From the NCBI RefSeq assembly GCF_009834535.1, contig NC_045698.1:10108001-10172000 (forward strand): a DNA stretch of 64,000 nt, written 5' to 3'. Below, in pieces: positions 61,551 to 64,000 of the stretch (position 1 is its first letter; each line of letters starts with the position of its first letter). Below the pieces are notes generated by a model, which saw only the letters and a list, made by a program, of their open reading frames with translations, had not been told where the DNA came from and did not search any database. The stretch comes from Camelus ferus (Eukaryota). Both the position numbers and the translations under genes were made by a program.

Positions 61551-64000
61551 CTGGGCTCTGCCAGTAATGTGCATTGTGGAAATTTAGGAAACAGAAGGAA
61601 AAAAGTTGCTGGAATCCTGTCAAAGTCAAAGTAATCACTGTTAAAGTCTTGAAATACATACTTTTAGTGTTTTATCCCCTTAAGTATAGATATTTGTATA
61701 TAGCATGTGTTTCATAAACATTGCTAATATAGTACAGTCTAACTTATAACTGGGTTTTTTCTGCTGACACTGTGTTATACCTGTTAGCCTCTCCTAACCA
61801 CCTGGGTTCTTCTCGACATGGTGGAGCATCTTTGCCCAGTCTTGTGGTCCTTTGGGCCACACTCTCTACCCAGCACTTAATTTCACTAAGTATAGCATCA
61901 GAGTTTTAGAGATTCAAGAAGTTTCAGATCTTTTGATCCAACCCTTTCATTTAAGGTGTTAATGTTCTCATTTCACATAACGACATTTCACTGAGAACTT
62001 CTGGAAGCAACAGCACAGCCTTAATGTGGAACTGTAATGGTGGGAGTTGGGGAGTTTTCAGAAGTTGCTGGATTAGCCTCGTCGCTTGGGTGATCCTCCT
62101 CCTGCTGTTGTGCTGTAAGTATGGGGGCTCTTGCGTTAGGCCCTGACTAGACTGTGTGAGCCTGGGTCTGGCGCTTCGGACCTCTTAACCCTCTTGATCC
62201 TGCCCAGTCAAGCCCACAGTTGATTGCTGTGGACTGAACTTTGAGGGCCACCTTTGCTCATACCTGTAACCTCAGAACCCCTCTGGAATCAGGCTGTTCA
62301 TCACGGAGTAAGTGGCTTGGAGCCCTGGGAAGTGCTTGACCTAACAAGAGTTAGTTTTAAAACTTACTCTTCCAGTCAGAATCAAGTCTTTGTGAATAGT
62401 AGCAAGATAGTTCATTTCCAGCATATGCTTCTTCCAGTTTATTAAAAACTATGGAAAAATCTTTTCCTGAAAAGTATTTCCCCAAACCTGCAACTTAAGG
62501 TGTTAAATATTCATATTTCTAGATTCCATTAAAGACAGTTGTGAGATATTTATAGAAGTAGAATCTGCCTTGGTTTTTAAAAAAATTCAGTATTCTCAAG
62601 ATTCTGGATTATTAAGGCAAAATTGCTAAATATTCTTTTGAATGGTGTCTTTCTTTGGAAGGGCACAAAACTGTCTTACCTGCTTTCAAGAAAATATTAT
62701 TCTTTGTTGAATGATTTAAGCCTATTAGTTCTTGGAAAATTATAACACATGCTGCCTTCAAACAATAAAACAAGTTCCAGCTTCTTTTCCTAAGAAGAGA
62801 CTGTTGTTATCAGGATATTTCTACTCCTGATGTCATTCTGTGGACTGGACTTTATGGAGCAGACATCCGAGAAGCTTGCTGGGGCTGTGGCATTTTGTAT
62901 TCTCTTTACATAATTTTATTCTCTTTTTTTGTTCCCTGCCCGCCTTCTTCCCTGTTACCCCAGAGGAGAAGATCTGTGGCCGGGTGCCACGTTCACTACC
63001 AGAGCTTTGCTGACCTTGAACAGAGCCTTGTCCAGTCGGTACCTTTGGTCTGACCATTCCCTTTGCTGGATCTTGGTTTCCTAAGTTAGATGAGGTGCTG
63101 CGCCCTGGCCCAGATAGGGAGGTGGGGAGAAGAGGCTGGGGTGGAGATGGAATGGGTCAAGCAGACTTGAAGGAGAGAATGTAGCCTACGTTGGGGATGC
63201 CCAAGTAAATGCTTGTGGTTTGGAGGCCCCCCTGAAGTAGCATCATTTAGGGGTCAGGGCACAGTCCTCCATTGACTAGAACAAGGGCGTGACAGTAGTG
63301 CGCTGGCCATAAGCCAGTAATTCTGACCTAGGCTTCTGCCCTCCCCAGGGTGGGAGAACCAGTCGTGGCCACAGTGTCTTCTGGGAGCCAGACGCCGTGT
63401 CCTAGGGGCTCTGCCTGTTGTGCCATTGAGTCAGGGGCCCTGCTCTCACCCCTCCCCTCACTGTGATCCCTTGGAGCCTTCATTCTGATTGTGAAGGACG
63501 CCCCTGCCCTTCTCAGGGCCCCGCCCCTCCCCAGCCTTCCCCATCCTTAGGTCTCCGCTCACTTGCTACAAGGCTTCTCTGACCCCTCAGGTTAGGAAAC
63601 TCCGTTTTAGACACTTCACAGGATCCTGTCCTTCGTCTTTAATTGCACTTGTCACTTGAATACGGATTGTGTTGATTATGTAGTTTATTTCAGTCTCCCC
63701 TGTAGGATGGGTATACTTCTTGGGGCAGGGAGTAAACTGAAAGTTTGTGCTTCACGTCTGGACACCCAGGCCACGTTCAGGATTACTGTGAGTGCCCGGT
63801 ACGTGTCTGCCGACTACATGGCTTACGCTTGGTACTTCCCCCTTGAGCCTGGGTTAGCCTAGAAATTGTTGGGCTGGGTCTGCAAGGAGAGACCTGCCAG
63901 CTGTAAGTTGTGGTGGGAGACATGTAATTCCAATAAGAGGAGTGTCTTAACTGAAAGGCACTGGGTTTTCAAAGGGTTCATGGTTCATAATAGAGCCATT

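Larger units (their letters stand above)
15166..64000 (+). other. TRIO: TRIO intron 1 (partial, continues past the window end)
   Basis: Starts GTGAGT. No sequence encoding the expected next residues (GFRKNDEMKAMDVLPILKEK) was seen. Content is repeat-rich and non-coding, consistent with the long first intron of TRIO. Confidence 0.88.

Noticed and set aside
62964..63038. 75-nt exon-like segment as TRIO exon 2
   Set aside because: It does not encode GFRKNDEMKAMDVLPILKEK and has an in-frame stop.

Overview
Mammalian genomic DNA, very probably camelid, judged from Vic-1-type tRNA-derived SINEs and camelid/artiodactyl-type L1 3' ends. The one gene I can identify is TRIO (Rho guanine-nucleotide exchange factor). 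The window holds its CpG-island promoter (~14.1-16.4 kb), GC-rich 5' UTR and first coding exon (+ strand, ATG 15009 to donor after 15165, MSGSSGG...DIAAFFRS-G), followed by ~49 kb of intron 1. I did not see exon 2 (FRKNDEMKAMDVL...). The rest is non-coding DNA with ordinary repeats (L1, L2, MIR, MLT1/ERVL LTRs, hAT and Tigger MITEs, microsatellites). Apart from the frame containing TRIO exon 1, the ORF track looks like chance or GC-island ORFs. I found no convincing new biological system. The best leads are regulatory and all unverified: two uORFs, a candidate recursive splice site, candidate alternative first and poison exons in intron 1, and a possible minus-strand spliced transcript upstream. 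There are also a few structural oddities: a ~72-bp dispersed duplication, a 63-bp tandem duplication, a SINE with its tRNA core deleted, and a 38-nt L1 insertion. Repeat subfamily names come from recalled consensus sequences and need RepeatMasker/Dfam confirmation.
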